A stretch of DNA of 64,000 nt from Octopus vulgaris (lineage: Eukaryota). The notes below the pieces were generated by a model that saw nothing but the letters and a program-made list of their open reading frames with translations, did no database searches and was not told the origin of the DNA. Positions within the stretch are counted from its first letter, which is position 1; the number at the start of each line of letters is the position of its first letter. The stretch spans positions 62,806,001 through 62,870,000 of the forward strand of contig OX597820.1 in assembly GCA_951406725.2 (NCBI GenBank), in the 5' to 3' direction. Made by a program: the position numbers and the translations under genes. Below are positions 1-13,269 of this stretch, in pieces.

Positions 1-1395
1 CAATTTTCAAGAAAAGGAGCCGCGAAGACCCGCTTAACTACCGACCGGTTTCCCTTACATCAATAATCAGCAAGATGTTCGAAACCATCCTTAAGAAAAG
101 TATGATGCTCCACCTCCAAAACACAGCCTCTATCTCTGATTCCCAACACGGTTTCGTGCCGAAGAGATCATGCTTGACTAACTTACTGGTAATGGAAGAA
201 TTGGTGACGCGCATCCTCGATGATAGTGATGCTGTTGACATCGTTTTATTGGACTTTGCCAAAGCTTTTGACTCGGTAAACCACCGCCTATTACTTGTCA
301 AGCTTCAATCATATAGTTTCCATCCGGATATTGTACGATGGGTTGGTGCCTTCCCCTCAGATCGCTCCTTCCAAGTCCAAGTTAATGGTTCGCGGTCCGA
401 CGTCTCCAGTGCGAGCAGTGACGTGCCTCAAGGTTCAGTGCTTTGGCCCTTATTGTTCTTAGTCTTCATAAATGACCTGTCCGACGACCTCACACAACAC
501 ACCCTTCTATTTGCCGACGATGTGAAACTGGTCGCTCCTCGCGGTGATATAGAGGATCTTCGTCGATGCCTCCACCAAATTTGGAGATGGTCTAACGAAT
601 GGGACCTGTGTCTGAACTTGTTAAAGTGCTATCATCTGCCTGTTGGCTCTCCTCCTGCAACTCAACTTGATTTCGAACCGGGTCGTCTGCTGCTGGAGAG
701 GACCGATCAGGTAAAGGACCTGGGTATCTTGGTGGATTCCTCCTTTTCGCCTTCGGTGTAGTGCGTCCATGCTGCCAACAAAGCACGCGTAGTTCTGTTC
801 TTGATTCGACGGTCATTCGGAATGCTCACAGCAGCCATATTCCAACCGCTCTATGTCACGCTGGTGAGACCCATATTGGAGTACTGGATTCAAGCCTCTT
901 CTCCTTATCTCCTCAACGACATACATCATCTCGAAAGAGTCCAGAAGCTGGCTACCCGCATGGTTCTTGGTCTCAAGAATTTGTCTATGAAGAAAGGCTG
1001 AAGACGCTCGACCTTTATTCTCTAGAAAAACGACGACGCCGTGGTGATCTCATTCTTGCTCACAATATCATAAGCGGAAAGTGTAACCTCTCGAAAGAGC
1101 TGTTCTTCACTCCTGCTCCAGAGAGTCGGGTGCGGGGTCATTCCGAAAAGCTCTATCTGCGACGATTTCATCTCAACCGAAGGAGAGGGGCTTTCTCCGT
1201 CCGGGTTGCGGATCCGTGGAATAAGCTGCCGGACGAGATGGTGAGGATGTCGACGACCGCTTGGTTCAAAGTCTCCCTTGACCACAAGTGGCCTGAACTC
1301 CTTAAATGAACACCACCCTGTACATAACTCCATGTCCCCCTACATGGCCTTGCTTTTTGCTTTTTGAGCCAAAAAATTAACTAACTAACTAACTA
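1..1395 (+). mobile_element. CR1/L2-group LINE, 3' part (RT domain, 3' UTR, (TAAC)n tail); pseudogenised
   Basis: Translation gives NYRPVSLTS, QHGF..KRSCLTNL, LDFAKAFDSV.H, VPQGSVL.P.LF, FADDVKL, DLGILVDS, VRPILEY and LEKRRRRGDLI. In-frame TAG at 759-761 and a frameshift near 985. Ends in AAAAAATTAACTAACTAACTAACTA. The 5' part runs off the window. Confidence 0.93.
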
Positions 1396-1397
1396 CG

Positions 1398-1510
1398 CAA
1401 ATTGTTGGAAAGGATCACAAACGTACAGTTTCGAAAATTACTACAGAGCTTAATGACCACCTTTAGAACAGTTCACCGGGAGCTGCACAAATCGGGATTT
1501 CACTGCCATC
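1398..1510 (+). pseudogene. Tc1-family transposase HTH fragment
   Basis: Reads QIVGKDHKRTVSKITTELNDHL* then TVHRELHKSGFH, matching the Tc1 pattern R.T..I.EL....S..TVRR.LH..G. Starts directly after the LINE tail. Confidence 0.6.
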
Positions 1511-3249
1511 AAAAACATTGATGATCTTTAATTTACAGAAAACATTAGGAATTTTGAGGGAAGTCGGTATGTTGACACCATCAAACCTAGTATCTTACTG
1601 GTACTTTCTTTTTTCGAAATAATGAAAGCAGAACATAAAAGCTAATGTTCCTCAAGGTCTTTTTACGATGCTTGTTGTTTGGTTGCTAGCGGCTGCCAGC
1701 TTAAATTTTCTGTTTGAATTGATTTCATATTTAGTGTAATGATACACATTTATAGGCTAATTAATGATGTGAAAGTAATTTTCTCAATAAATCAATAAAT
1801 AAAGAGTTATTAGTAATTAAATTTTGAAAATTTTGGTAATTTTAGCCAATCATAAACCACAGAGACATTCATGTATGTTTCAATAGTAACAAGAATTCTT
1901 TCACCTATTTCCATAGTAACAGTCTTTGAAAAGTCTGCGAGGAAGCACGTGTTGATAGCAGTCAACCGAGGAAGGGTCCTACCTGAACAGTGGGTTTTCA
2001 GAGGAGTATTTCACGGGACTAGACAGGTTTTTCTATATGCATATTTAAATTGTAATTAAAGATATTTAAATTGTTTGTTTAATGTTTGTTTCTTTTGTCA
2101 TTGAACACTAAGGTGGTTGTGAGGTGTGCTAAAAATAAAAGCTAAATAAGATTTTTTTGATAAATCTTTAAATTAAAGCTTATTTACCAACATCTCACAC
2201 ATAAATTTAAAACTAACAGTTTTTCTATTTTAAATTAACATAAACATTTGTTTACATAAAAGAAAATTACCGGAGACATAACGCGCGTGATTTAGAAATA
2301 TTGACAACACGTGCTATTTTCAGGATATTGACGACCAAATATGCAGTCACACACAAAATGGCAGCTTTCAAATCATGTTTCCTGACTGGGTGAAAATGAT
2401 CAAACTTTTAACGTCTATAACATTTTAAAAACATTTCTCTAGAAAAAATGAAATAACTCCAGCAATTCAGTTTGGGAAAGTGCATTACTGTGCCAAATTT
2501 TAAAAAAAAATCGGTAAACTTTAATTTTTGGAGCTACTACCAACTTAAACAGAAAAGATCTCAAAAAGGTAATTCGGAAGAAATGCCGATAAATATTTTT
2601 TTCTTGTGTGCTAACGATTCTGCCAGCACATCGATTTTGAACGTCGTAATACAAACAACAATAGATATGAGAATCTTTAAATGCGTTTAATATGTTTTAT
2701 AAAAGCTTATGTGTACACAGATTAGTTTCAGTGTAGAAATCAGATGAAAGAAATTCCTATCTATTTACAAATTTGATACGCAAAACTAGAAACGAACCAA
2801 TTATAACTACATATAAAGCAGGAAGTAGAAGCATGATGACAAACAAATATACATATGCACTTACAAATATATATATGTGTGTGTGTGTGTATGTGTGAGT
2901 GTGTGTGGTTTATATACTCGAGAACTCTATGCTAACATTTATTGTTTTGAAAGAAGCTGAACTAGAAAGCAAGCGAGTTGATGAGCCAAAGTAAATAAAG
3001 GTGGGAAAGTAGAATCAAATACCTAACCAAACAAAGCAAGTGAAATCTTAGAAAAGTAAACTGGGAGGTATTACTGAAAGGAATACTCTGTTATGTAGGA
3101 TTACAAATCTACAGAAGAATTCAAAAGCGGACCCAGGAAATAACGTTTTAAAATCTGTAATTAGACGTTAAGATTTAATAGCCTGACAACTGTACATCTG
3201 CTTCTATATTGATGCCATGAAATATCACAGTATTCAACACACTCTGATC

Positions 3250-3266
3250 TCTTTCTCTTTCTCTCC

Positions 3267-3297
<31 letters not shown>

Positions 3298-3650
3298 TCC
3301 ATCTCTCTCTCTATATATCTATCTATTCATCCGTCCATCCGCCATTCTGTCTGTCTATCTATCTATCTATCTATCTATCTATATATCTATCTGTGTCTGT
3401 TTGTCGGTCTCTCTCTCCATCTCTCTCTCTCTATCTATCTATTGACCTATCTATCTATCTGTCTGTCTTTCTGTCTGTCTATCTAGTAGCCTGTTGCCTG
3501 CCTGCCTGCCTGCCTACCTGCCTGTCTGTCTGTCTGTCTGCCTGTCTGTCTGTCTGTCTGTCAGTCTGTTCCTCTCTCTCTCCCTCCCTGGCTTTCTTCA
3601 TGTATCTATCAATCTATCTATCTGTCGATCTGTCTATGTCTCTCTATGTG
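3250..3650. repeat. Compound microsatellite (CT)n/(CTAT)n/(CTGT)n/(CTGC)n
   Basis: Tandem 2-4 bp units read directly. Confidence 0.95.
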
Positions 3651-4249
3651 TATGTTTTTAGTATACGTGTGGATACCGATAGAATTTCTCAAATACAACA
3701 ATTTCTGTAAAAACGTTTTCTAATCTATTTAATGTAATATATTATACAGACATACACAGAAAACCAAATTTTTGTAATATGATGTAAGCGATTTGACAAA
3801 GACAAACCAAGACGTACATGTTAGAAATATATATAATCACCCAGACGTACGGACACACACACAGACGAACACACGCACACTCATTCGCATATACATGTAT
3901 ATGTGAGCACCGAGTAATATGTAGGCTGTATGTGGTTTTTGTGACTGTCACAAAAGCGTCTCATTATATAAGATGTTGTATGTCATTATTTAGAATGTCA
4001 ATATTACGGGCAACTTATTTTATATTTTCACATCTCTTTACTAATTAATGAGCAACATTCTTATTCACAGTTACATAGATACATAAATACATTCATTTAT
4101 ACATAGATACACACACACGCACACCCATACACACACACACACACACACACTTGCCTGTGTATATAGGTATGTATTTATACGTGTGTGTGTGTACAAATGG
4201 ATAGATAGATAGATAGATAGATAGATAGACAGGTAGACAGATAGATAGA

Positions 4250-4457
4250 TTTCTTTATTGGCCACGCAGGGCTAAATACGGAAGGGACAAAATACAAAGT
4301 AGAGCTTTTCTTTTTGGGAAAAAGTGAAGGGAAAAAAGGGGGCGGGCAAATTCCGATCAAAAGGGATCGTTAAAAAAGGGGGGTGCGAATTCTGATCAAA
4401 AGGAATTGTGAAAAAAAGAGGGAATTCCGATCAAAAGGGATCGTGAAAAAAAAAAAG
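4250..4457 (-). mobile_element. 3' terminus of an L1/Tx1-like retroelement with three tandem hairpin-bearing units
   Basis: Minus strand ends GTCCCTTCCGTATTTAGCCCTGCGTGGCCAATAAAGAAA, with AATAAA. Three ~40-bp units contain CGATCAAAAGGGATCG or a variant. Same terminal motif as the remnant near 14918. The clade is inferred from that remnant. Confidence 0.5.
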
Positions 4458-4465
4458 GCAGACAA

Positions 4466-4517
<52 letters not shown>

Positions 4518-4619
4518 ATAGATAGACAGATGGATAAATAGATAGACAAATAGATAAATAGATAGACAGACAGACAAATAGACAGACAGACAGACAGACA
4601 GACATACAGACAGACAGAC

Positions 4620-4661
<42 letters not shown>

Positions 4662-4675
4662 GCAGACAGACAGAC

Positions 4676-4758
<83 letters not shown>

Positions 4759-4778
4759 CAGACAGATAGATAGATAAA
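4458..4778. repeat. (GATA)n/(GACA)n microsatellite
   Basis: Direct reading. Confidence 0.97.
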
Positions 4779-4825
4779 GAAATAAAATCTATAAGTCACA
4801 AAAAATGTAGGCAGTGATACATAGG

Positions 4826-5506
4826 CAGGGATATTATTATTAAATTGCAATATCTCATATCAATCACTTTGCCAATGAATTTCGGAGAGGAGCTGAGCTA
4901 ATTCAGACAATCAGCAAAAAGCAAAAGAAGCTGTAATGAATAATGTGGCTTTATGTCTTTTCCACATCTCATCCTTGGATCTCACGGCTGTTGTTCAGAA
5001 ACGGATCAAAATCTTCCATGTAGGAGCCCAGGAATAAAATTTTCGTGGTTCATCGGAGTTAAGCTCATTGGGTGAAGAGTAAAGGCCCCCACCCACGGTA
5101 TGGAACATACTTGTATGTAGGCCAAGGTGTTAGGTCATAAGTGAAGGCAAGTAGATTAGAACTATGAAGGAAGTTAAGAAAGGCTGGTATATGGTGACAG
5201 AAGGTGAATTATAAAAGCAAACTCTCTCCCACTTCTCGAAACATGAATGGTGACCTCACCTATTCAGCCAATGAACTTTGCTCCAAGATTTCGTTCCGTC
5301 TTTTAACGACAGCCGTGAGATCTATGGATGAAACGTATCGATTTCATCCCCCTGTGGAAAAAGACATGACGCCACATTATTCATTTCAGCTTCTTTTTCT
5401 TTTGTTTTTTGCTGATTTCCTGGATTAGCTCAACTCCTCTCCAAAATTCATCGGTAAAAGGAATAATATAAGAATATAATATCGCAATTTAATAATAATG
5501 TCCCTG
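4826..5506. mobile_element. Non-autonomous foldback/MITE-like element with long imperfect inverted repeats
   Basis: 4826-~5030 (CAGGGATATTATTATTAAATTGC...GGAGAGGAGCTGAGCTAAT...GATCTCACGGCTGT) is the reverse complement, with indels, of ~5275-5506 (ACAGCCGTGAGATC...ATTAGCTCAACTCCTCTCC...GCAATTTAATAATAATGTCCCTG). No clear TSD. Confidence 0.75.
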
Positions 5507-6210
5507 TGAACTGGTGAACTTTGTTGCATTCTCTAGCACTGTATTTATGTTGAGCAAGATTACTAACCACTTATGTACACTTATTTTGTAAACTTATGTA
5601 CAGCTCTACCATTTCCTGACATGATATAATCATCAGATGTATTAAAATTATCATATCCGTTATCTACCTCAAGTGGCTGAGTGTCGTCCGGTGGGTAATG
5701 TGTAAATGCAGCCGATATCAATAATTATTTTTTCCATAACAATAATACTCTTTACGCATGTACACATGCAATGGAAACCTCACATTTTGTTGTAACAAAT
5801 TTCACTCGCAAAGATCAATTGTTGCGAAATTTCGATCTTATCGGATACATTCGTTCGCAGTTTTACATCGCGGAATCGCAAACTGAACAGTAGGGAGGCA
5901 ACAAGAACACCTATCACAGTCAATCTTGTAAGATTTATATTTGAATAAATGAAAGGGTTCGAAGATAATCTTGCATGTGCTGATCTGATTAAACTTTTGA
6001 AGATTCCCACAGTCGCCAACAGCAGCTAGACAAACTGCATAAGTCAATGTACAATGAACATATAAGAATTTATAGATTTCTACGTTAAGGAATATATCGC
6101 AATTTTGATAGCAAGAATCTAGTCAACTGAAGATGGACATCTAATTCTCATTTTGTATATTAAGGAGTAACTCCATCCGATTATGTAGTGTTTTCGGTAG
6201 TTTTCATGAA

Positions 6211-7510
6211 TTAGGTCGTCAAGTATGAAATGTGTTGTAAGGTATAGGATAAATTTGACAGCTGCTCATTTTGCGCCATTATTATATTTTGACAATCTTT
6301 ATTATTTGTTAGATTGCTGACACATCTATTTGTTTATTCGAACTAATTTTGCGCTTTGTAAACTATATATAAATCGTTGTTTGCTGTTTTAGTTTAGAGA
6401 TGGTTAAGTGGGAAATTCGTACAGTGTGTTCTTTCTTGGAAATGCATATGAGGTCTTTCTTGGAAATACAGCATCACAGACAGCTCGGAATATTAATGGA
6501 GTATTTCATTCTAATGCTATTAAACAGCAGTCAGTATCAAATTGGTTTGCACAATTTTGTTCTGGTAACTTTGACCTCACAAATGAGCAACGCGGTCGAC
6601 CAGAAACAAAGGTTGATAATGACAAACTGAACTGAAAACAACCGTCGAGTCAGATCCATTTCATAGTGCCTGTGAATTATCGCTGTTGTTTGGGGTTTAG
6701 CAAGCAAACGATATTGACTCGCCTAGTTCAAATCGATAAAGTGAAAAAGTTAGACAAGTGGGTTCCACATGAACTCAATAAAAATCAGAAACAGCAAAGT
6801 TTGGAAGCCTGCATTATGCTACTTTCTCGTCACAAAAATGAATGAATTTTGAATCGAATTGAGACACGTGATGAGAAATTGATCCAATACAAGAACTGTA
6901 AACGTTCAGCACAATTGCTGGACAAAGACGTGCCACCAAAACACAGTCCAAAAAGCAAAATTCATTAAAAGAAGCTGATAGTGTGTTTGGTGGTCTGGCG
7001 CAGGTGTGATCCATTATGATTTCATTAAACCTACTTCATCAATCACAGCCAAAGTATACAGCAGCCAACAGGACCAAATGATGCAGAAACTTACAAAAAA
7101 CAGCCCAGATTAGTCAATAGATTCACTCCTATTTTATTGCAAGACAACGCCAGACCAGCCATCGCAAAAATGACATTGGCGAAACTACAGGATTTGGAGT
7201 TGGAAATTCTCCATAATCACCCATATTCACCTGATCTTGCCCTCAGTGACTACCATTTCTTCCAGAATTTCGATAACTATTTGATAGAAAAAATAAATTC
7301 CGACGATGCTGTAAAACAGGCCTTCCAAGAGTTTATAGACTCTAGATTGCCATTCTTTAATAGTTCCGGGCTGGACAAGCTACCGCTGAAATGGCAAAAG
7401 AGTATAGTCAATACAGCTGCATACTTTGATGAATAAAACTATTTCTTGTATTTATTAAACATTAGAAAACTTTGTTTCTTTTTTTACAAATTTCATACTT
7501 GACGACCTTA
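6211..7510 (+). mobile_element. Full-length (1.3 kb) mariner DNA transposon with decayed DD34D transposase
   Basis: TIRs TTAGGTCGTCAAGTATGAAAT (6211) and ATTTCATACTTGACGACCTTA (to 7510), followed by TA. ATG at 6400; motifs TARNIN.VF, RGRP, KWVPHEL, RDEK, QDNARP and HPYSPDLALSDYHFF. Exactly 34 residues lie between the 2nd and 3rd Asp. Stop at 7436; several frameshifts. Confidence 0.95.
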
Positions 7511-8647
7511 TACCTTAGTGATATGTCGAGTAAAGCCATGTGCATACAATTAGGTTCTCGGATACAGTTTAGAAGAACTGTTAGATTGCATCTGTAATTA
7601 GTAGGTACGGCAATCGAACACTTTATTGATTACGAATGAAAATTGCGTTAAGATTTCACGTTTCTGTGAGTTTTCAGCTACTTACATATTAATTGAACAA
7701 ACTTGTAGCTCAATTAGTCAAACAACCGATAATTCATCGTGGAAATTGACGGAGATCCGCATGTACATGAGCATGCAATATTCTCTGTATGAGGAGGTAT
7801 GAAAGTGAAAAGAAAAGCTAACAATTCATTGTTTGTGTCCTATGTGTGATATATGGCTCGCAATAGAATAGACTTTATGCAAAATAAAAATCACCGATCA
7901 GAAACACACACATTCACACACTCTCACATGCTCAGACACACAAATGCTTACACGCATACACATAATAAAGCATCCTCGTAGACATAAATACATACATACA
8001 TACATACGTACATACGTACATACATATGCATACTCACTGGCGCACGTAGTCTTTAATGGAAGTCATTGTTGTCGTCAGTCACTACATGAGATATCATTTC
8101 TGCTTCGTTCTATTGTCTTCCCTTTTGATATCCGTCAGCTAATTCCCACTTCCGTTGTAAAGAATTTCCCCAGTGATCGCTTCACAAACGTCACTTCCGC
8201 CCGAACATTATCTCAATTTCATTTAAAAACCTTTGATCTGTTCACTATTCACTCAATCAATTCACAATAGACATCTACGTTCTCTGTTCTTTTCATTTGT
8301 TTTGCAGGGATATTATTTTTCTTAATTTAGTGTTTCTGTTTAAATCTGTTTCTTTTATTCTGTCGTGTCTTTTTTCTCTTCTCTTCTCTTCTAAACTGGC
8401 GTGTGATTTTTCTCACAAATACTCTCATTTTCCGCGCTTTGTTCTTCGTTTTCTACTTTGTCTCCTATTACTTCATGTATGTGTACGTACATTGACGTGT
8501 GCATGCCTTTGTGCCTGTATGTATTTAATTAATTGCAGTGAAATTACAACGAATGGGATATGTTGTATATTTTAGCTTCATATATACATATTTTAAATAT
8601 ATAAAAACTTAAGTACCATATTCAACTGAGTCTAAATTTTTACTGAA

Positions 8648-8695
<48 letters not shown>

Positions 8696-8696
8696 C

Positions 8697-8728
8697 TTAT
8701 ATTTACAGATATATATCTGTAAATATAA
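8697..8728. repeat. Perfect 32-bp palindrome
   Basis: TTATATTTACAGATAT|ATATCTGTAAATATAA. Confidence 0.9.
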
Positions 8729-8901
8729 TATGTGACAATTATTCGGTAGACATGATAAAACTCCGAGTTTCGGAAGTAGGGGCGGAAACCCACGCCCCCA
8801 TCTCTTCAGTTATCCAACTGAAGAGATGGGGGCGTGGGTTTCCACCCCGACCACCGAAACTCGGATTTTTATCATGGCTACCGAATAATTGTCACATATT
8901 A
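8726..8901. repeat. Long DNA palindrome, 86-bp arms, 4-nt loop (probable Penelope-like inverted terminal structure)
   Basis: Arms 8726-8811 and 8816-8901 are reverse complements with 6 mismatches; loop ATCC. Confidence 0.92.
8754..8814 (-). ncRNA. Minimal type I hammerhead ribozyme
   Basis: Minus strand reads GAUAA CUGAAGA G(A UGGGGGCG UGGGUUUC CGCCCCUA CUUC)C GAA ACUC G GAGU U/ UUAUC. Helix I is 5 bp, the core is intact, helix II has an 8-bp stem, helix III is palindromic, and the site is GUU. Confidence 0.75.
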
Positions 8902-9614
8902 GATAAATTCCTTTATTTACATAATATCGAGGTCTCTTTCTTTCTTTTGTTGTCTTACCATTTCTATCAATACATATGTGCGTGTGTGTGTGTGTGTGTG
9001 TGTGCGTTGAAATATAACCATAACTCAACTTTACAATGCTCTTTCACCATAGTACATTACCTTTAATCATATTATTACACAGGATATTGTTTTTTATTCT
9101 CCAATTCATTGGCTCTTCCACTTTTTTCACGTAAATATATTTGTGTTATTTTGGCAACATTATTATTTCTAAATTTAGTGAAATTGGTTTCCGTAAATTG
9201 ATATCAAATTATTATTTAATGGTAATTTCAGTTATTATATTCGACAATAATTTGTATCATTTATTTATTTTCCTAGCGATATGAGATATAAGTGAGGTAA
9301 CATGCATCAGATTATTTTGCCGTCACTTCCTCGTGTTATCTTATTTGCTAAATGAATATGAATGGTAAAAAGTCTTACGGTTGACTTTCGCAATTTTGCT
9401 GGTGTATTCTCTGCTGGAAACACTAATCGGATCAGATATTACGTGAACAATGTGACTAAGTATGTGTATTTACATGAACAAAGGACTAAGTATGTGTATT
9501 TACTAAACATTCTTAACAGATCCTTTTGATTATCTAGTGCACATTCTCACCAACGTTGCCCTCGAAATTACGATGTTTGTTGAAACCAGTGTGACAATGA
9601 TATCAAAGGTTGGC

Positions 9615-10117
<503 letters not shown>

Positions 10118-10281
10118 CGTAAACGAATGATGTACCTTGCACTACAAGTATGTATCAAACGTTGAACAGAAATAATACAACATGGAGTAAAGTTAGACAA
10201 AAGCATAGTAAACGGGAAAATAGAGAGTAAAAAACGAAACGGACGAGAAATTAGACAACGACATGATATACGGAATATAGG

Positions 10282-10352
10282 TAGGTGAGTTTTCCTCCTC
10301 AGTGAAAGACGCAAATTATAATGGCAATTTCACGGAGAGGAAAACTCACCTA
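10282..10352. repeat. Inverted repeat (~25-bp arms, 20-nt spacer) at the end of a non-microsatellite island
   Basis: TAGGTGAGTTTTCCTCCTCAGTGAAA ... TTTCACGGAGAGGAAAACTCACCTA. Confidence 0.75.
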
Positions 10353-11884
10353 TATATATATAATCCCATTAATAAGGCAAAGAAACAATTTGATACATCT
10401 TAATGGCCAGTTACAATTGCTTCTGTTCCAACTCTGCATTGAAAACGAGGTTCGAAGAGAAAATTTAGGTAATAATTGCATGTACTATTTCATAGCAGGC
10501 TCGGCAAGCAGTGTTGCGCAAAAAGCAAGATATTTAAATCGGTTTAAGTATGATTCATATATAAAAAAGACCTTATTCCCTGTAGTTTTCTGTGGACAAA
10601 ATTCATGCATATTTATAAGACTGTTTAAATATATGTATGTATGTATACCTGTATGATGTAGCGTTTCATACACATATGTTAGAAGACAAGATTTTCAACT
10701 AAAGTAAGCTTCAAAAGATTTCTATTGAAATATATTCAGATATGTAGACTCCGCCATCTTTCGTAATATCAAACGCTGGGAGCAGTTTGGTTTGTTAATC
10801 GTCGACTTCCTGTCAAGTAGATACTTTAGCGACATTTCTTCCTAAGTTATCGCTTTATGTGTTTAGGTGTGCGCGCGTGTGTGTGTGTATGTGTTCGTGC
10901 GTGCGTGTGTATGTGTGTGTGTGTGTGTATGTGTATATGTGTATGTGTGTGCGTGTGTAGACTCAGTCATATACACAGAAACACCGACACACGTGAAACA
11001 TATGTCGCTGAGTTCTACATACACGTGCACACACACTGCTTCCAATATATATACACATATATATTTGTATGTATCTGTACATTTACACCTACATATATAT
11101 ATATATATATACATACAAACATACTTATATATATGTATATTTCTATATATGTATATACAATATATTTGTACATACGTACATAAGTATATATGTGTGTGTA
11201 TGTATATATGTATATACACATGTATGTGTGTGTGTGTATTGTTTGTGTAAGAACTCACATTTATGTGTTATATAGTATACGCGTATGAACACATCCATGA
11301 ATTTTGGAAGCTAGATACGTACTTATATGCCTACAAATACATATATATATGTGTCCATGTAATGTCATTTTATTTAGTTGTCATTTGTATATGTGTATAT
11401 ATATATACATATCTATATGTGTGTGTTTATATATATATATATAAATGTATCAACACAAACGTACAACTATGATAATACTTATGATCGCACACAGCCTAGC
11501 GTTTAATCTGTCTCAAGATATATTTCTTTGTTACGCTGTGTTCGCGAAAACATTTCAGTTCGATGTTAAGAGATTAGCTTACTTTGAAACTAATTAAATC
11601 AGAGACATTGACGTCAGTAACCTTACGAAATATTACCATGCATGCATTCAGACATTTCGCCTTTCGTTGCCGGGATGAGACCTTTCACTGGAGATGAGTC
11701 GATTTGATAATTAAAACGACTTCGCTGTTTTAATCATCAACTAGAAAAGAAGTTGTAGCGTTGGTGGTGGACATAAAATCCCTCGTCACCCGAAGACACC
11801 TCGCAACTTCTCTTTACATGATTAGCTGCAAGGTAAGTAGACAAGACAAGATAGAGAGATGCTTATTTATTGTCTTATATCTCC

Positions 11885-12170
<286 letters not shown>

Positions 12171-12205
12171 TATATTTTAAAGTGTTTATGTGAATATATA
12201 TGCAT

Positions 12206-12266
12206 AAGGGCGGTGCCCCAGCATGGCCTCAGCCGGATGGCTGAAACAAGTAAAAGAGTAAAAGAG
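12206..12266 (+). mobile_element. Isolated 3' tail of SINE family A
   Basis: GGCGGTGCCCCAGCATGGCCTCAGCCGGATGGCTGAAACAAGTAAAAGAGTAAAAGAG matches the tail of the copy at 61745-62160. Confidence 0.75.
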
Positions 12267-12394
12267 TATATAAATGGGTGTGTATCTATCTTTTAATCTA
12301 TCTATCTAACTATCTATCTATTCCTCTCTCTCTCTCTTCATATATATACATATATAAATATATAAATATATATGTGTGTGTGTGTGTAGGTATG

Positions 12395-12451
<57 letters not shown>

Positions 12452-12458
12452 AGGTATG

Positions 12459-12517
<59 letters not shown>

Positions 12518-12544
12518 ATATATGTGTGTCTGTAGGTATGTATA

Positions 12545-12611
<67 letters not shown>

Positions 12612-13269
12612 CAAGAGAGAGGGAAAGAAAGTTGAAGTAGAGACATATTTATGTTCAAACATAGACGCATATGTGTTGTAAAAACATACGCAGTATATAT
12701 ATATTTATTTGTGTGTATATGTGTTTGTTCGTATGTGTGTGTGTTTGTGTGTGTCTATGTGTGTGCGTGTATATATATTCACATATATACATTCTTATAT
12801 GTATGTATTTTTGTGTATGTATATATGTCTCCATATGTTAACATTGAATTATCTCAAAGTAATCAAGTTGCACTCAGTACACTTTGTAGAGTAAAGAGTC
12901 GATTGTCCCTAGATGTTTTTGATCGGTATATGATTTCATATGATTGCAATTTTCAATCGAGAACTATCACTAGTTGTTACCTGTGGCGTATTTATAATTA
13001 TTGGTGTAGGTGGGCTCCAAAAAATTTTCTTCCTTGATTCATGCTAAATCTCCAAAACTCGATCTAAAAAGAAAATAGGCTTCATCTTCATTTGGGAAAT
13101 AAAAGATAAATAAGTGATATTAACCGATAGAACACTTTCAGCAGTTCGCTTGATTATATAGGTTGTGTTTTTAAACAACAAGTCCCGCATCATTTAAATT
13201 GGAAGCGTCTACATGTATATAGATATCTGTATAAATATATATATATAAATATATATGTTCTTTTATTCT

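Noticed and set aside
9445-9503. 30-bp tandem duplication (also 27 bp at 13962-14020)
   Set aside because: Ordinary local slippage duplication.
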